Of a stretch of DNA of 63,699 nt, positions 1-9,958 are shown piece after piece. Position 1 is the first letter of the stretch, and every line of letters begins with the position of its first letter. The stretch spans positions 1 through 63,699 of the forward strand of contig JAXSNY010000001.1 in assembly GCA_037925365.1 (NCBI GenBank), in the 5' to 3' direction. Source of the DNA: Aquificaceae bacterium (GTDB taxonomy: Bacteria; Aquificota; Aquificia; Aquificales; Aquificaceae). Under the pieces are notes generated by a model. The model was given only the letters and a program-made list of their open reading frames with translations, searched no databases and was not told where the DNA came from. The translations under genes were made by a program, and so were the position numbers.

Positions 1-500
1 TAGTGCTCTCAAGGCTTGTGGAAAGGGTAAAAGCTAAGGTAAAAAAGCCAGTGCTTGTAAAACTCTCACCCAATACGGGAGATATAAAGGGCTTTGCCAA
101 GGTTTGCACAGATGCGGGTGCGGATGGGCTCGTTCTCATAAACACCCTTCTTGGTATGAAAATAGACACAAAAAGCCAAAGACCTGAGCTCTCTACACTT
201 ATGGGAGGTCTCTCTGGTCCTGCCATACTTCCCATAGCGGTAAGAATGGTCTGGGAGGTTTTTTCAGAGCTTGGACACTCTGTCCCTATAATAGGTGTTG
301 GTGGCATATACGACACGGATTCCGCTTTGCAACATATCCTTGCAGGTGCGGTATGCATTCAAGTGGGAACCGCTAACTTCTTTGACCCCTATGCACCCCT
401 TAAGGTCATAGAAGGCATAGAAGACTACATGAGAGAGAGGTCTATAGAAAGGTTTACCGACCTTGTGGGTAGGGCTCACCGCCTTGTGGTGCGTGCCTGA
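1..500 (+). CDS. pyrD: Dihydroorotate dehydrogenase (family 1), 5'-truncated by window edge
   Basis: Motifs VKLSPN, LINTL, GGLSGPAI, IIGVGGI and QVGTANF; reading frame is open at the window start. Confidence 0.93.
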   Translation, partial: VLSRLVERVKAKVKKPVLVKLSPNTGDIKGFAKVCTDAGADGLVLINTLLGMKIDTKSQRPELSTLMGGLSGPAILPIAVRMVWEVFSELGHSVPIIGVGGIYDTDSALQHILAGAVCIQVGTANFFDPYAPLKVIEGIEDYMRERSIERFTDLVGRAHRLVVRA

Positions 501-524
501 TGTCTTTTGCTATAACTTTCCACT

Positions 525-590
525 ATGGGTTTTGAGGTTTATAGGGGGTTGAATTTCAAAGACACAGAGCTGGGTCTTTTGCCAGTTTAG
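525..590 (+). pseudogene. Short remnant resembling the N-terminus of a type I R-M specificity subunit (HsdS)
   Basis: Translates as MGFEVYRGLNFKDTELGLLPV*; FKxTExGxxP resembles the HsdS N-terminal K-x-T-E-I-G-x-I-P-E-D-W pattern; TATAAC at 511-516 upstream. Confidence 0.3.
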
Positions 591-657
591 TTGAGGTAGA
601 AACGAGAAAAGGTAAAAAGCCAAAATTTATAACAGAGGATTATGCTATAATCTCCTC

Positions 658-1059
658 GTGTCTTCAAAAGACATAGTTTTGAAAGATATTTTTGAAGAAG
701 ACCCTTATAGGTTCAGTAAACTTCTCTCGCCAGCACCTATAAAGGAACTACTGCCTACCAACCTGCCATCCACAGAGCTAAGGGTAGACTTCTTGGCAAA
801 ACTTGAAGATGAAAGCATACTGCATATGGAATCCCAATCCTTTAACGACCCTACTATGCCTTGGAGAATGCTACGCTATTATACATTAATCGCAGAAAAA
901 TACCAAACCCACAACATAAGACAATTTCTCGTTTATGTGGGAAACAAAAAACTAAGGATGAAGTCAAAACTAAAGCTCAAAAACCTAACCTTTAGCTATG
1001 AAGTCCTTGACATAAGACAGATAGACTGCAAAGTGAGGACTGTTTCAAAATTTGTGTAA
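658..1059 (+). pseudogene. Rpn family (recombination-promoting nuclease / PD-(D/E)XK putative transposase) protein, apparently 3'-truncated
   Basis: KDIVLK..RVDFLAKLED..ILHMESQS.ND..MPWRMLRYY pattern; only 133 aa and ends abruptly after IDCKV. Confidence 0.6.
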
Positions 1060-1261
1060 ATTCTGCCATACTTTATAACATACCCTCAAAAAGAATTATT
1101 AGCTGAGACTATATCCTCTTGCCTATTCAACTCCTAACACCTTACTGTAGCTTGAGGCATAAGGTCTTTGAGTAGCTAACTGAACTCCTTGCGGTATTGT
1201 TCTACCTTCTCCTTATAATAACTTGCAACTTGGGTTATGATATGTTAGAGGAGGTGGGAAA

Positions 1262-3232
1262 ATGAAAAAGCTGTTTTTCCTCATCCTTTCTCTAATGGCA
1301 GGCTTTATTGCAAGTTGTGGAGGAGGCTCTGACTGAGCCTACTCAGCCCTTTTCGGAGACGGACCAAAAGCCCTAAAGCCAGCACAGGCACAATGCACCA
1401 TAACGGTGTCCGACTCTAATGGCAACGGCTCTATTGACAATGCGGATATCCAAACAGCTCTTAACACTGCACGCGCAAACGGGCAAGATGATGTGGTGTG
1501 TATACCTGCTGGCACTTACAGCATAACAAGAACACTTACTTATAGTTTCACCTCAAACTCTGCAGAATGTGGTAGAAAACTCACCATAAGAGCGGTTGGT
1601 GGAAGTGTAATCCTTGATGGAGGGAATTCTGTTCGGATACTCAAGATAGATACATCCAATTGCTCTAATGACACAGGTGGAGATATAACCGTAGATGGTA
1701 TAACTTTCAAGAATGGTAAAGTTTTCTTCTATTCTGGTGGTGGACTTTTCATTGTTACAAATAATGCTAAAATAACTATTAAAAACAGTGCATTTAATAG
1801 CAATAGTTCTGATGGTTATGGTGGTGGTGCTTATGTGCAGACTTCCTCTGGTTCAATAGATCTTACAAACAATACATTCAATAATAATATTTCTAAGTTT
1901 GATGGCGGTGGTGCTTATGTTTCTTCTTCGAATGGTTTAATAAATCTTATAGACAACACGTTTAACAGTAACCAGTCTAATTATGGGCATATGGCGAGGG
2001 GAGGTGGTGCTTACGTGAGCTCTCTCTCCAGTAAAATAAACCTTACAAACAATAAGTTTGGTGGTAATACCGCTAGGGATGGTTATGGTGGTGGTGCTTA
2101 TGTGTGGACTTCCTCTGGTTCAATAGATCTTACAAACAATACATTTAGTAATAATACTGCTGACTATAGAAGTGGTGGCGCTTACGTGGAGACTTCCTTT
2201 GGTTCAATAATTCTTATAAACAACATATTTAGTAATAATACCTCTAGTGAGTATGGTGGTGTTTATGTGAAGACTAGTCCTGGTTCAATAACTCTTACAA
2301 ACAACACATTCAGTAATAATAACGCTAATAATTATGGCGGTGGTGCTTATGCGGAGACTTTCTCTGGTTCAATATTTTTTACAAACAACGCTTTTATTAA
2401 TAATACTGCTAACTATGGTGGTGGTACTTACGTGGGTACAGTTTCTGGTTCAATAACTCTTACAAACAACACACTCAGTAATAATAACGCTAATAATTAT
2501 GGCGGTGGTGCTTATGTATATTTAGAAAATAACACAGCAACTTTAAACTTTTACAACAACATTCTCTGGAGCAATACAGCAAATGCAACTGATTATGGCG
2601 GAGATGATTTGTATGTGTATAACGACGGTAATAAGGATAAAATAGCTTCTTCTGTTAACCTTGTCCATAACCTGTTTAGCGTTACGACAACTCCAATAAA
2701 CTTTTCTACCGCACCAGAGACCGAAAAGGTTTATATCTATGCACCTGCACCCGAAAAATACAATAGGGGTATACCAATTGGATGCACCAATACCGGGAAT
2801 TATGGCAACATCCAAGCAGACCCTAAATTTGTAGACCCACAAAATGGAAACCTGCGTCTTCAGGCAGGCTCCCCTGCTATAGATGCAGGATGTAATAACG
2901 CTCCTTCACTTCCAAGCACAGACAGGGATGGAAACCAAAGAGTATGGAACGGCACTGTAGATATTGGAGCTTATGAGTATGGTTCTCAGCCACCACAATC
3001 TGGTAACAATGGCGGACAAACTGGTGGTGGTCAAAACGGTGGAAATGGTGGACAACCACAACCACAACCACAACCACAACCACAACCACAACCACAACCA
3101 CAACTCGGCATTGGTCAAATCGGTGGTGTCGCTGGAGGATGTTCAATGGGTGGCACTGCGGATGCTTCTATGCTTTGGTGGCTTGTGCCTCCAGTCCTTG
3201 CACTTGTAAGAAGACTAAGACGCTCAGCATAA
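1262..3232 (+). CDS. Right-handed parallel beta-helix repeat surface lipoprotein with choice-of-anchor-Q-like region and C-terminal GGCS-TM-basic sorting signal; interrupted by an in-frame TGA at 1334-1336 (uninterrupted ORF 1406-3232)
   Basis: SD GGAGGT then ATG 1262 gives MKKLFFLILSLMAGFIAS-CGGGSD (lipobox), in frame with ORF 1406; repeats of GGGAYV...I.LTNN.F.NN.A; DPKF..LRLQAGSPAIDAG..DRDGNQR..VDIGAYE; C-terminus GGCS..hydrophobic..RRLRR. Confidence 0.75.
1811..2516 (+). repeat. Near-identical internal DNA duplications of beta-helix repeat units
   Basis: 1811-1878 matches 2078-2145 (2 mismatches); 2280-2351 matches 2445-2516 (1 mismatch). Confidence 0.8.
3053..3104 (+). repeat. Perfect hexanucleotide tandem repeat (CAACCA)8 plus CAAC, encoding a Gln-Pro linker
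   Basis: Read directly from the sequence. Confidence 0.95.
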
Positions 3233-3239
3233 AACTCAT

Positions 3240-3262
3240 GCCCCCGCATGGGGGCTTTTTTT
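3240..3262 (+). terminator. Rho-independent terminator
   Basis: GCCCCC-GCAT-GGGGGC followed by T7, just after the stop at 3232. Confidence 0.85.
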
Positions 3263-3271
3263 ATATCTCAA

Positions 3272-5365
3272 CTACCCCATTAACCTCTGCACGCTTTCCA
3301 CACCTTCCAAACCACTTAGTGCTTCCTTGACCTTTAGAAAGCTCTGGTAGTTTTCCACTTGCAATGTAAAGTCCATTAAGGCCTGACCAGAGGGCAGGCT
3401 TTTTGTTCTTGCCTCTGTGATGTTTGCACCCAACCTTCCTATGGCGGTGGTTACCTCTCCCAGTATGCCCAGCCTATCTTTTACAAGAAGTCTTATCCTT
3501 ACTGGGTGAAGCCCCTGAGACCTGTCCCATAGGACCTTTACCACCTTCTCTGGAGATATCTTAAGAAGATAGTTCAGGTTTGGGCAGTCCTTTGAGTGTA
3601 TCACAAGCCCCTTACCCTTTGATATAACACCGTAGACCTCTTCGCCCGGCAAGGGATTACAGCACTCCGCAAGGGCATGAAGCACCTTCCCAAGCCCGTC
3701 TATATGCAGGGCATCTTCTACCTTCCCCTGAGGCTTTTCCTTCTGAGTTTTTCTAAATAGGGAATAAACCCTTTCCTTTGAAAGCTTACCGCTTCCCAAA
3801 AGCAGGTATACCTCTTCCTCGCCTTTGGCTCCTGTCTCCTCAATAAGCCTCTTTAAAAGCATCTCCCTGCCTAGCCCCAGTTTTTGGGAATACAGCTCAA
3901 GCCTTTCCCTCCCAAGTTGAACATACCTTTCCCTTTCAAGTTCCTTAAGCACGGACTTTATCTTGCTTTTTGCCTTTGAGGTCACCACAAAGCTCAGCCA
4001 TTCTTGGTTAGGCTTTTTGTTGGGGTTCGTGATAATCTCCACCATGTCTCCATTTTGAAGCCTATAGTTAAGTGGCACAATCCTGCCGTTTACCTTTGCT
4101 CCAGCACAGTGGTTACCCACCTCCGTATGTATGTAGTAGGCAAAGTCTACCGGCGTTGCCCCCTTTGGAAGCACCAGCAGGTCTCCCTTTGGAGTGAAAA
4201 CGAAAACCTCCTCGGAAAATAACTCCAGCTTGAGATTTTCCAAAAGCTCCTGAGGGTTCTTGCTACCCTGCACGCTCTCCACAAGGCTTTTCAGCCATGA
4301 ATACACTCCACCGTCCTTTACGCTTTTGCCTTCTTTATAAGCCCAGTGCGCAGCGATACCCTTCTCTGCCCTTTCGTGCATCTCCCATGTGCGTATCTGC
4401 ACCTCCACCATCCTACCTTTCGGACCTATAACCGCAGTATGCAAGGACTGGTAGAGGTTTGGCTTAGGCAGAGATATATAGTCATCAAACTTTCCTGGGA
4501 CTGGTTTGAATACACTATGGACTATGCCCAGCACAAGGTAACACTCTTGAACCGTGTTGACTATAACCCTAACGCCCAGTATGTCATGCACGTCCTCAAG
4601 TTTTATACCCTTTCTTAGGGTCTTTTGCCATATACCGAATAAATGCTTTGGTCTATAGGACACCTGGGCTTGAACGCCTGCCTTCTTTAACTCTTCCTTT
4701 AGCCTTGGTATGAATACTCTCTTCAGATAGTCTTCAAGCTCTCTTTTGCTCCTGCCTACAAAGTTTTTGACTTCTTCGTATTCCTTTGGATAAAGATACA
4801 TAAAGCATAGGTCTTCAAGCTCTGTTTTTATCCTCCAAAGACCGAGCCGGTTTGCTATGGGGACATATATCTCAAGTGTCTCCTTAGCAATCCTGACCTG
4901 CTTTTCCCTAGAGAAAAACTGCAGTGTTTTCATGTTATGAAGCCTGTCTGCAAGCTTCACAAAGATAACCCTTAGGTCCTTTGAAAAGGCAAGGATGAGT
5001 TTTCTGTAGTTTTCCGCTTTTTGGGTTTCCACATCCTTAAAGTGTATCTTTCCCAACTTTGTCACGCCCTCCACTATATCCGCCACATCCTTGCCAAAGT
5101 TCTCCTTTAGCTCTTCGTAGGTGGTTTCTGTATCCTCAAGCACATCGTGCAAAAGCCCAGCTACCACCGTATCTCTATCCATGCCCAGCTCTGCGAGTAT
5201 TATGGCAACCTCCACAGGGTGGACCACATAAGGGTCTCCGGATTTTCTAAACTGTCCTGCATGCTTCTCTTCCACGAACTCAAGAGCCTTCTTCACTTTG
5301 CTATTTTCGTTTCCCAGAGCTTTGAAGAGCCTTTCCTCGTGCTTTCTGTGTAAAGTAGTCTCCAT
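3272..5365 (-). CDS. spoT: Bifunctional (p)ppGpp synthetase/hydrolase (RelA/SpoT)
   Basis: HD domain (HxGQxRKSGDPY, LLHDVLEDT), synthetase (KPNLYQSLHT, EVQIRT, AAHWAYK), TGS and ACT domains. Confidence 0.95.
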   Translation of the reverse strand: METTLHRKHEERLFKALGNENSKVKKALEFVEEKHAGQFRKSGDPYVVHPVEVAIILAELGMDRDTVVAGLLHDVLEDTETTYEELKENFGKDVADIVEGVTKLGKIHFKDVETQKAENYRKLILAFSKDLRVIFVKLADRLHNMKTLQFFSREKQVRIAKETLEIYVPIANRLGLWRIKTELEDLCFMYLYPKEYEEVKNFVGRSKRELEDYLKRVFIPRLKEELKKAGVQAQVSYRPKHLFGIWQKTLRKGIKLEDVHDILGVRVIVNTVQECYLVLGIVHSVFKPVPGKFDDYISLPKPNLYQSLHTAVIGPKGRMVEVQIRTWEMHERAEKGIAAHWAYKEGKSVKDGGVYSWLKSLVESVQGSKNPQELLENLKLELFSEEVFVFTPKGDLLVLPKGATPVDFAYYIHTEVGNHCAGAKVNGRIVPLNYRLQNGDMVEIITNPNKKPNQEWLSFVVTSKAKSKIKSVLKELERERYVQLGRERLELYSQKLGLGREMLLKRLIEETGAKGEEEVYLLLGSGKLSKERVYSLFRKTQKEKPQGKVEDALHIDGLGKVLHALAECCNPLPGEEVYGVISKGKGLVIHSKDCPNLNYLLKISPEKVVKVLWDRSQGLHPVRIRLLVKDRLGILGEVTTAIGRLGANITEARTKSLPSGQALMDFTLQVENYQSFLKVKEALSGLEGVESVQRLMG

Positions 5366-5382
5366 AGTTTATAATATTATGG

Positions 5383-6414
5383 ATGTTAGGCAAATTAGCA
5401 AATCTTCTCGGTTTTATCGCCAGTAACATAGGCATAGACCTCGGCACTGCCAACACGGTGGTTTACGCTCAAGGAAAAGGTATAGTGCTGTATGAACCTT
5501 CCATCGTTGCGATTGATGTGCGTTCTGGTAGAGTTTTGGCGGTAGGTAAAGAGGCAAAGGAAATGCTTGGAAAAACTCCCGAGAACATACAAACTGTTAG
5601 ACCCCTCAGAGACGGTGTGATAACGGACTTTGAAGCCACTAAGGTTATGCTTTCTCATTTTATAAACAAAGCAATAGGGGGAAGTATATTCAAGGCAAAG
5701 CCAAGGGTTGTCATAGGCGTGCCCTCTGGGGTTACACAGGTGGAGAAAAGGGCAGTCATTGACGCAGCAAAAAGTGCAGGAGCGAGAGAGGTCTATCTCA
5801 TAGCGGAGCCTATGGCCGCTGCCATAGGTGCTGGGCTTCCAATAGAAGACCCTATAGGTAATATGGTAGTAGACGTAGGTGGTGGCACTACAGAGATAGC
5901 GGTCATTTCTCTTGCGGGCATAGTAGTTTCAAATTCCATAAGGGTAGCAGGCGATGAGATGACGGAGGCTATAATACAGCATGTTAAGAAAAAACATCAT
6001 CTCCTTATAGGTGAGCAAACTGCAGAAAAGGCAAAGATAGAGCTTGGCAGTGCCATATACGAAGAAGAGGAAAGGTTTATGGAAATAAAGGGAAGAGACA
6101 TAACGGGACTTCCAAAGGTGGTGAAAATAAGCAATAGAGATGTTACAGAAGCCCTTGAGGATGTGCTGTCTTCTATTATAAACGCAGTCAAGTCTACCTT
6201 GGAAAGGACACCACCAGAACTCGCCTCTGATATAGCGGAAAGAGGTATAACCTTGGCTGGAGGAGGGTCTCTTCTGAGGAACCTCAATGTGAGAATAGAG
6301 CGCGAAACAGGCATAAAGACCAACTACTGCGAAGATCCTATAACTGCAGTAGCCAGAGGGGTGGGAAAGGTTCTTGATAACATAGAGCTGATAAGGAAAG
6401 TTTCCATGATATGA
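5383..6414 (+). CDS. mreB: Rod shape-determining protein MreB
   Basis: IDLGTANT, EPMAAAIGAG, DVGGGTTE, LAGGGSLL. Confidence 0.97.
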   Translation: MLGKLANLLGFIASNIGIDLGTANTVVYAQGKGIVLYEPSIVAIDVRSGRVLAVGKEAKEMLGKTPENIQTVRPLRDGVITDFEATKVMLSHFINKAIGGSIFKAKPRVVIGVPSGVTQVEKRAVIDAAKSAGAREVYLIAEPMAAAIGAGLPIEDPIGNMVVDVGGGTTEIAVISLAGIVVSNSIRVAGDEMTEAIIQHVKKKHHLLIGEQTAEKAKIELGSAIYEEEERFMEIKGRDITGLPKVVKISNRDVTEALEDVLSSIINAVKSTLERTPPELASDIAERGITLAGGGSLLRNLNVRIERETGIKTNYCEDPITAVARGVGKVLDNIELIRKVSMI

Positions 6415-7199
6415 AAGGATTTGTTGCACCATCCATAGCTTTATTATTTAGCATTGTAATTTATTTTATCAACCTTTCCGCATTGCCATACCTGAGCCGG
6501 GTTTATAACCTCCTTAGGTTAGCGGTTTACCCCCTTTTTGAGCTAAAGGGAAACGTTCAAGAAAACACAAAAAGGATAGTGGAAACTTACCTGTTTCTAA
6601 GAAATGTAAGCGAAGAAAACTATAGATTAAGGCAAGAGCTTGAAGAATATAAATTATACAAGGCTCAACTTCTTGCCTGCGAGAGCAACCTGAAAAGCCT
6701 AAGCCAAGCTATAGACCTTCCCTTTCGTCCAGGCAAATATTCAGTAGTTTACGCAAATGTGGTTGCCTACGACCCATCAGGCAGGGATACCTTTGTGCTT
6801 ATAAACAAGGGACAGGATAAGGATATATCTGAGGGTATGTTAGTATTTTCTGGAGAGAACTTGGTGGGCATTGTAGATAGTGTGTATGGAAGCTCTTCAA
6901 GGATAAGAACAGTCTTCTCTGAGGAATTCACGCTTAGCGTTGGGGTGGGAGATAAGGCGTACATATACAAAGGTGGGTTCCCCATGGGATCTTTACTTCA
7001 CGTCAAGGTTGATGACAAGATTAATGTGGGCGATGTGGTTTATGTAAGGGTGCCAGGCAAAGTCTTCCCTCAGCTGAAGATCGGCACTGTTCAGCGAGTG
7101 TCTCATGATGGAAAGGGCTTTTTTAAGAAGGTGGGTGTTAAACCCTCTGCAGATGTAAGAGGGGCTTACCTTATTCTTGTCATAAGAGAAAAGTTATGA
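6411..7199 (+). CDS. mreC: Rod shape-determining protein MreC
   Basis: N-terminal TM, coiled coil, INKG..GM.V....LVG.V motif; follows mreB. Confidence 0.9.
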   Translation: MKGFVAPSIALLFSIVIYFINLSALPYLSRVYNLLRLAVYPLFELKGNVQENTKRIVETYLFLRNVSEENYRLRQELEEYKLYKAQLLACESNLKSLSQAIDLPFRPGKYSVVYANVVAYDPSGRDTFVLINKGQDKDISEGMLVFSGENLVGIVDSVYGSSSRIRTVFSEEFTLSVGVGDKAYIYKGGFPMGSLLHVKVDDKINVGDVVYVRVPGKVFPQLKIGTVQRVSHDGKGFFKKVGVKPSADVRGAYLILVIREKL

Positions 7200-7645
7200 A
7201 GTTCTACATCGTTGCCTTTTTGCTTGCCTATTTTCAAGGTGCGGTGTTGATCGCTGTCTTTCATAATATGCTTATAGCTCCTAATCTTCTCCTTGTTTAT
7301 CTTTTCCTTAATATCTTTAAGGAGGACAATGGATGGCTTAGGAAGGCCATAATAACAGGTTTTTTCCTTGACCTGTTTCAGGACTCTCTTGGATTGAACC
7401 TGTCAGGACATATTTTCTTTGCTATTCTTTTTAACATAATGAAACTGAGGATTGAACTCCCAAGCAAACTCTCTTTACTACTTGCCTACCTTCTGCTTTC
7501 TTTATTTGAAAAGCTCTGGGTAGTTCTTCTGTTCAGGGTAAAGTACTATGCGAACCTTAACCTATGGCTTTTGCCCTTGAGCCTTGCCTTTGAAGCTCTT
7601 TTCCTCTACCTTATCTCAGGAAGATATCTTCGTAAGGAAACATGA
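7196..7645 (+). CDS. mreD: Rod shape-determining protein MreD
   Basis: Hydrophobic 149 aa with PNLLL and GFFLDL motifs; lies between mreC and PBP2. Confidence 0.8.
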   Translation: MKFYIVAFLLAYFQGAVLIAVFHNMLIAPNLLLVYLFLNIFKEDNGWLRKAIITGFFLDLFQDSLGLNLSGHIFFAILFNIMKLRIELPSKLSLLLAYLLLSLFEKLWVVLLFRVKYYANLNLWLLPLSLAFEALFLYLISGRYLRKET

Positions 7646-9411
7646 ATAGGAGGAGATTTTTATTCCTTATGCTTGTAGGTATCTTTGTCTATGCTCTTAT
7701 TTTCCTTAGATTGCTCTACCTTCAACTTTTTAGAGGTGAATACTACAGAGAGCTTGCTCAAAGAAATTACGTGAGGAAGAGGGTTATATATCCTCAGAGG
7801 GGGGATATACTTGACAGAAGAGGGGAAAAGTTAGCTTATGACACTCCGAGGTATATACTTCTTCTTGACCATCAAAAATTGCAAGAAGAAGGGAATCTTA
7901 GGGAGGTTTTGATGAATGTTGAAGAAATATTTGGAGTTAAACTGGATTATGAAAGTATAAAAAAGAGAAAGGCAATAGAACCGGTTGTCCTGACAGAGCT
8001 AAAGACACAAGAAGAGATAGATAAATTCTATAACTACAGCTACAAGCTACCGGGGGTCTTTATAAACACGGTGCCAACAAGAAACTACCCTCTGGGTGAG
8101 GTATGTGCCCATGTGGTGGGCTATGTTTCCTACCCTACGGAAAGACACTATCAGAAGTATGGGGACAGGATAGGAAGTCAGAGCTTGGTGGGTGTATATG
8201 GGCTTGAGGGGGTTTTTGATACAGACCTTCTGGGCAGGGTGGGGGCTGAGGAAGTTATGGTGAACGCGATTGGAAGGGTTATAGGAAATCTTGGCTACGA
8301 AGAGCCAAAGAAGGGCATAACCCTTTTAACCACCATAGACTCAAGAATACAGAAAATAGCCTATGAGGTCTTTAGAGACTCTGGACAAAAGGCTGGTGCG
8401 GTTCTTATTATGGATACGAGGACGGGCGAGGTGCTAACGCTTCTGAGCTACCCATCCTTTGACCCCAACAGAATAGCAGACTTATGGAGTCAATATAACA
8501 GTGATAAATTCAGACCTCTTTTCAATAGGGCAACACAGGCAAAGTATCCCCCTGCATCGGTTATAAAGCCTGCATTGGGAGTAGCCTTGCTTGAAAAGGG
8601 TGTGTCTCCAAGAGAAGGTGTTGTATGCAGGGGACACTTTGAGCTTGGAAACAGAAAATTTTTCTGCTGGAATAGGGCAGGACACGGCTGGGAGAACCTA
8701 CACGGAGCAATAAAAGACTCTTGCGACGTCTACTTTTATCATTTTGGCTACTACAAACTTGGTCCGAGGGAGATAGAAAGAACTCTCAGGAGCTTTTCTT
8801 ACGGAGAAAACATACCCTTTGACCTTCCTATTGCAAAGGGTTTGATACCTACGCCTGAATGGAAAAGAAGTAAGACGAAAGAGCCTTGGTATGGTGGAGA
8901 CACGGTTAACATGTCTATAGGGCAAGGATACATGAGGGCTACCCTCTTTGAGCAAACTCTTATGATGATGGCGATAGCCAATAATGGGGTTATATACAAG
9001 CCTCTGCTGGTAAAGGAAAAAAGAGACGCAAGCGGAAGGGTAATATGGAAAGCCAGCAAGAGCGTTTATAAGTTGGTAAAAGCTAAGCCAGAGCATTTTG
9101 CCATTGTTAGGGAAGCACTCAGAAGTGTAGTAAGGTCAGGAACTGCTACCTCTGCCTTTTCAAGGATAGTAGAAATAGCAGGCAAAACGGGAACTGCTCA
9201 AGTATCTATTCATAGTGCAAGAAAAAAGAACTTGCCTTATCATCTTAGAGACCATGCTTGGTTTGTGGGTTTTGCACCTTACAGAGACCCTATATTTGTA
9301 ATAGGAGTGCTTGTAGAACATGGAGGTTCTGGTGGTGCGATCGCTGCACCTATTGCAAGAAAGATTCTTGAAAGGATATACATGGAAGGCATACATAAGG
9401 AGCTTACCTAA
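7642..9411 (+). CDS. mrdA: Penicillin-binding protein 2
   Basis: RGDILDR, SxxK (ASVIK), SCDVYFY, KTGTAQ. Confidence 0.95.
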   Translation: MNRRRFLFLMLVGIFVYALIFLRLLYLQLFRGEYYRELAQRNYVRKRVIYPQRGDILDRRGEKLAYDTPRYILLLDHQKLQEEGNLREVLMNVEEIFGVKLDYESIKKRKAIEPVVLTELKTQEEIDKFYNYSYKLPGVFINTVPTRNYPLGEVCAHVVGYVSYPTERHYQKYGDRIGSQSLVGVYGLEGVFDTDLLGRVGAEEVMVNAIGRVIGNLGYEEPKKGITLLTTIDSRIQKIAYEVFRDSGQKAGAVLIMDTRTGEVLTLLSYPSFDPNRIADLWSQYNSDKFRPLFNRATQAKYPPASVIKPALGVALLEKGVSPREGVVCRGHFELGNRKFFCWNRAGHGWENLHGAIKDSCDVYFYHFGYYKLGPREIERTLRSFSYGENIPFDLPIAKGLIPTPEWKRSKTKEPWYGGDTVNMSIGQGYMRATLFEQTLMMMAIANNGVIYKPLLVKEKRDASGRVIWKASKSVYKLVKAKPEHFAIVREALRSVVRSGTATSAFSRIVEIAGKTGTAQVSIHSARKKNLPYHLRDHAWFVGFAPYRDPIFVIGVLVEHGGSGGAIAAPIARKILERIYMEGIHKELT

Positions 9412-9940
9412 AGGCTACAAGCGTGGAAATGTTAAACTCTTCTTTGTAAAAAACTACTCTAAAGTCCTGAAAAAGTCTGAAAAGCTCTCCCTCCTTAAGA
9501 AGGTAATCGGGATTAAAGTCCCTTTTTATAAGGGTATGCCTTTCATTGTAGGTTTCAAAGATAATCAAACCATTAGGCTTTAGAGCCTTCTTTATTTGGG
9601 GTATAAGTCGTCTATTTAGATAATAGAAGTTCACAATAAGGGTATATGTGTTTTCTCTCAATGTAAAGTAATCAAGGTCAGCACATATGAAATTCACTTT
9701 AAGATTCCTTTCATTGGCTTGTCTTCTTGCCTTTTTGAGTGCAATGATAGATATATCAATTGCATCTACAGTAAAACCTTGCTCTGCAAGAAAAATCGCA
9801 TTCTCTCCAGTTCCACAGGCTATCTCAAGTGCCCTTCCAACAGGTGCATAGGTGTAAAATTCAACCAAAGTTTTGTGAAGAGTGCCTTGCCAACCCTGTA
9901 GATATTTAAAGTCCCACCTTTCCTTGTCCTGAAGTGCCAT
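9404..9940 (-). CDS. Class I SAM-dependent methyltransferase (TehB-like)
   Basis: ALEIACGTGENAIFLA, VDAIDIS, LKPNGLIIFETY. Confidence 0.8.
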   Translation of the reverse strand: MALQDKERWDFKYLQGWQGTLHKTLVEFYTYAPVGRALEIACGTGENAIFLAEQGFTVDAIDISIIALKKARRQANERNLKVNFICADLDYFTLRENTYTLIVNFYYLNRRLIPQIKKALKPNGLIIFETYNERHTLIKRDFNPDYLLKEGELFRLFQDFRVVFYKEEFNISTLVAFR

Positions 9941-9958
9941 GATAGAATTTTAAACTCA

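Noticed and set aside
1334-1372. Selenocysteine recoding of the UGA
   Set aside because: The position is in a low-complexity linker with no redox motif and the downstream hairpin is weak; kept only as a minor alternative.
1811-2516. CRISPR-like spaced repeats
   Set aside because: The repeats are in frame, about 70 nt long and encode beta-helix units; there are no cas genes or regular spacers.
2877-3209. ORFs encoding poly-V, (WL)n and (HN)n
   Set aside because: They are alternative-frame readings of the (CAACCA)n repeat inside the surface protein gene.
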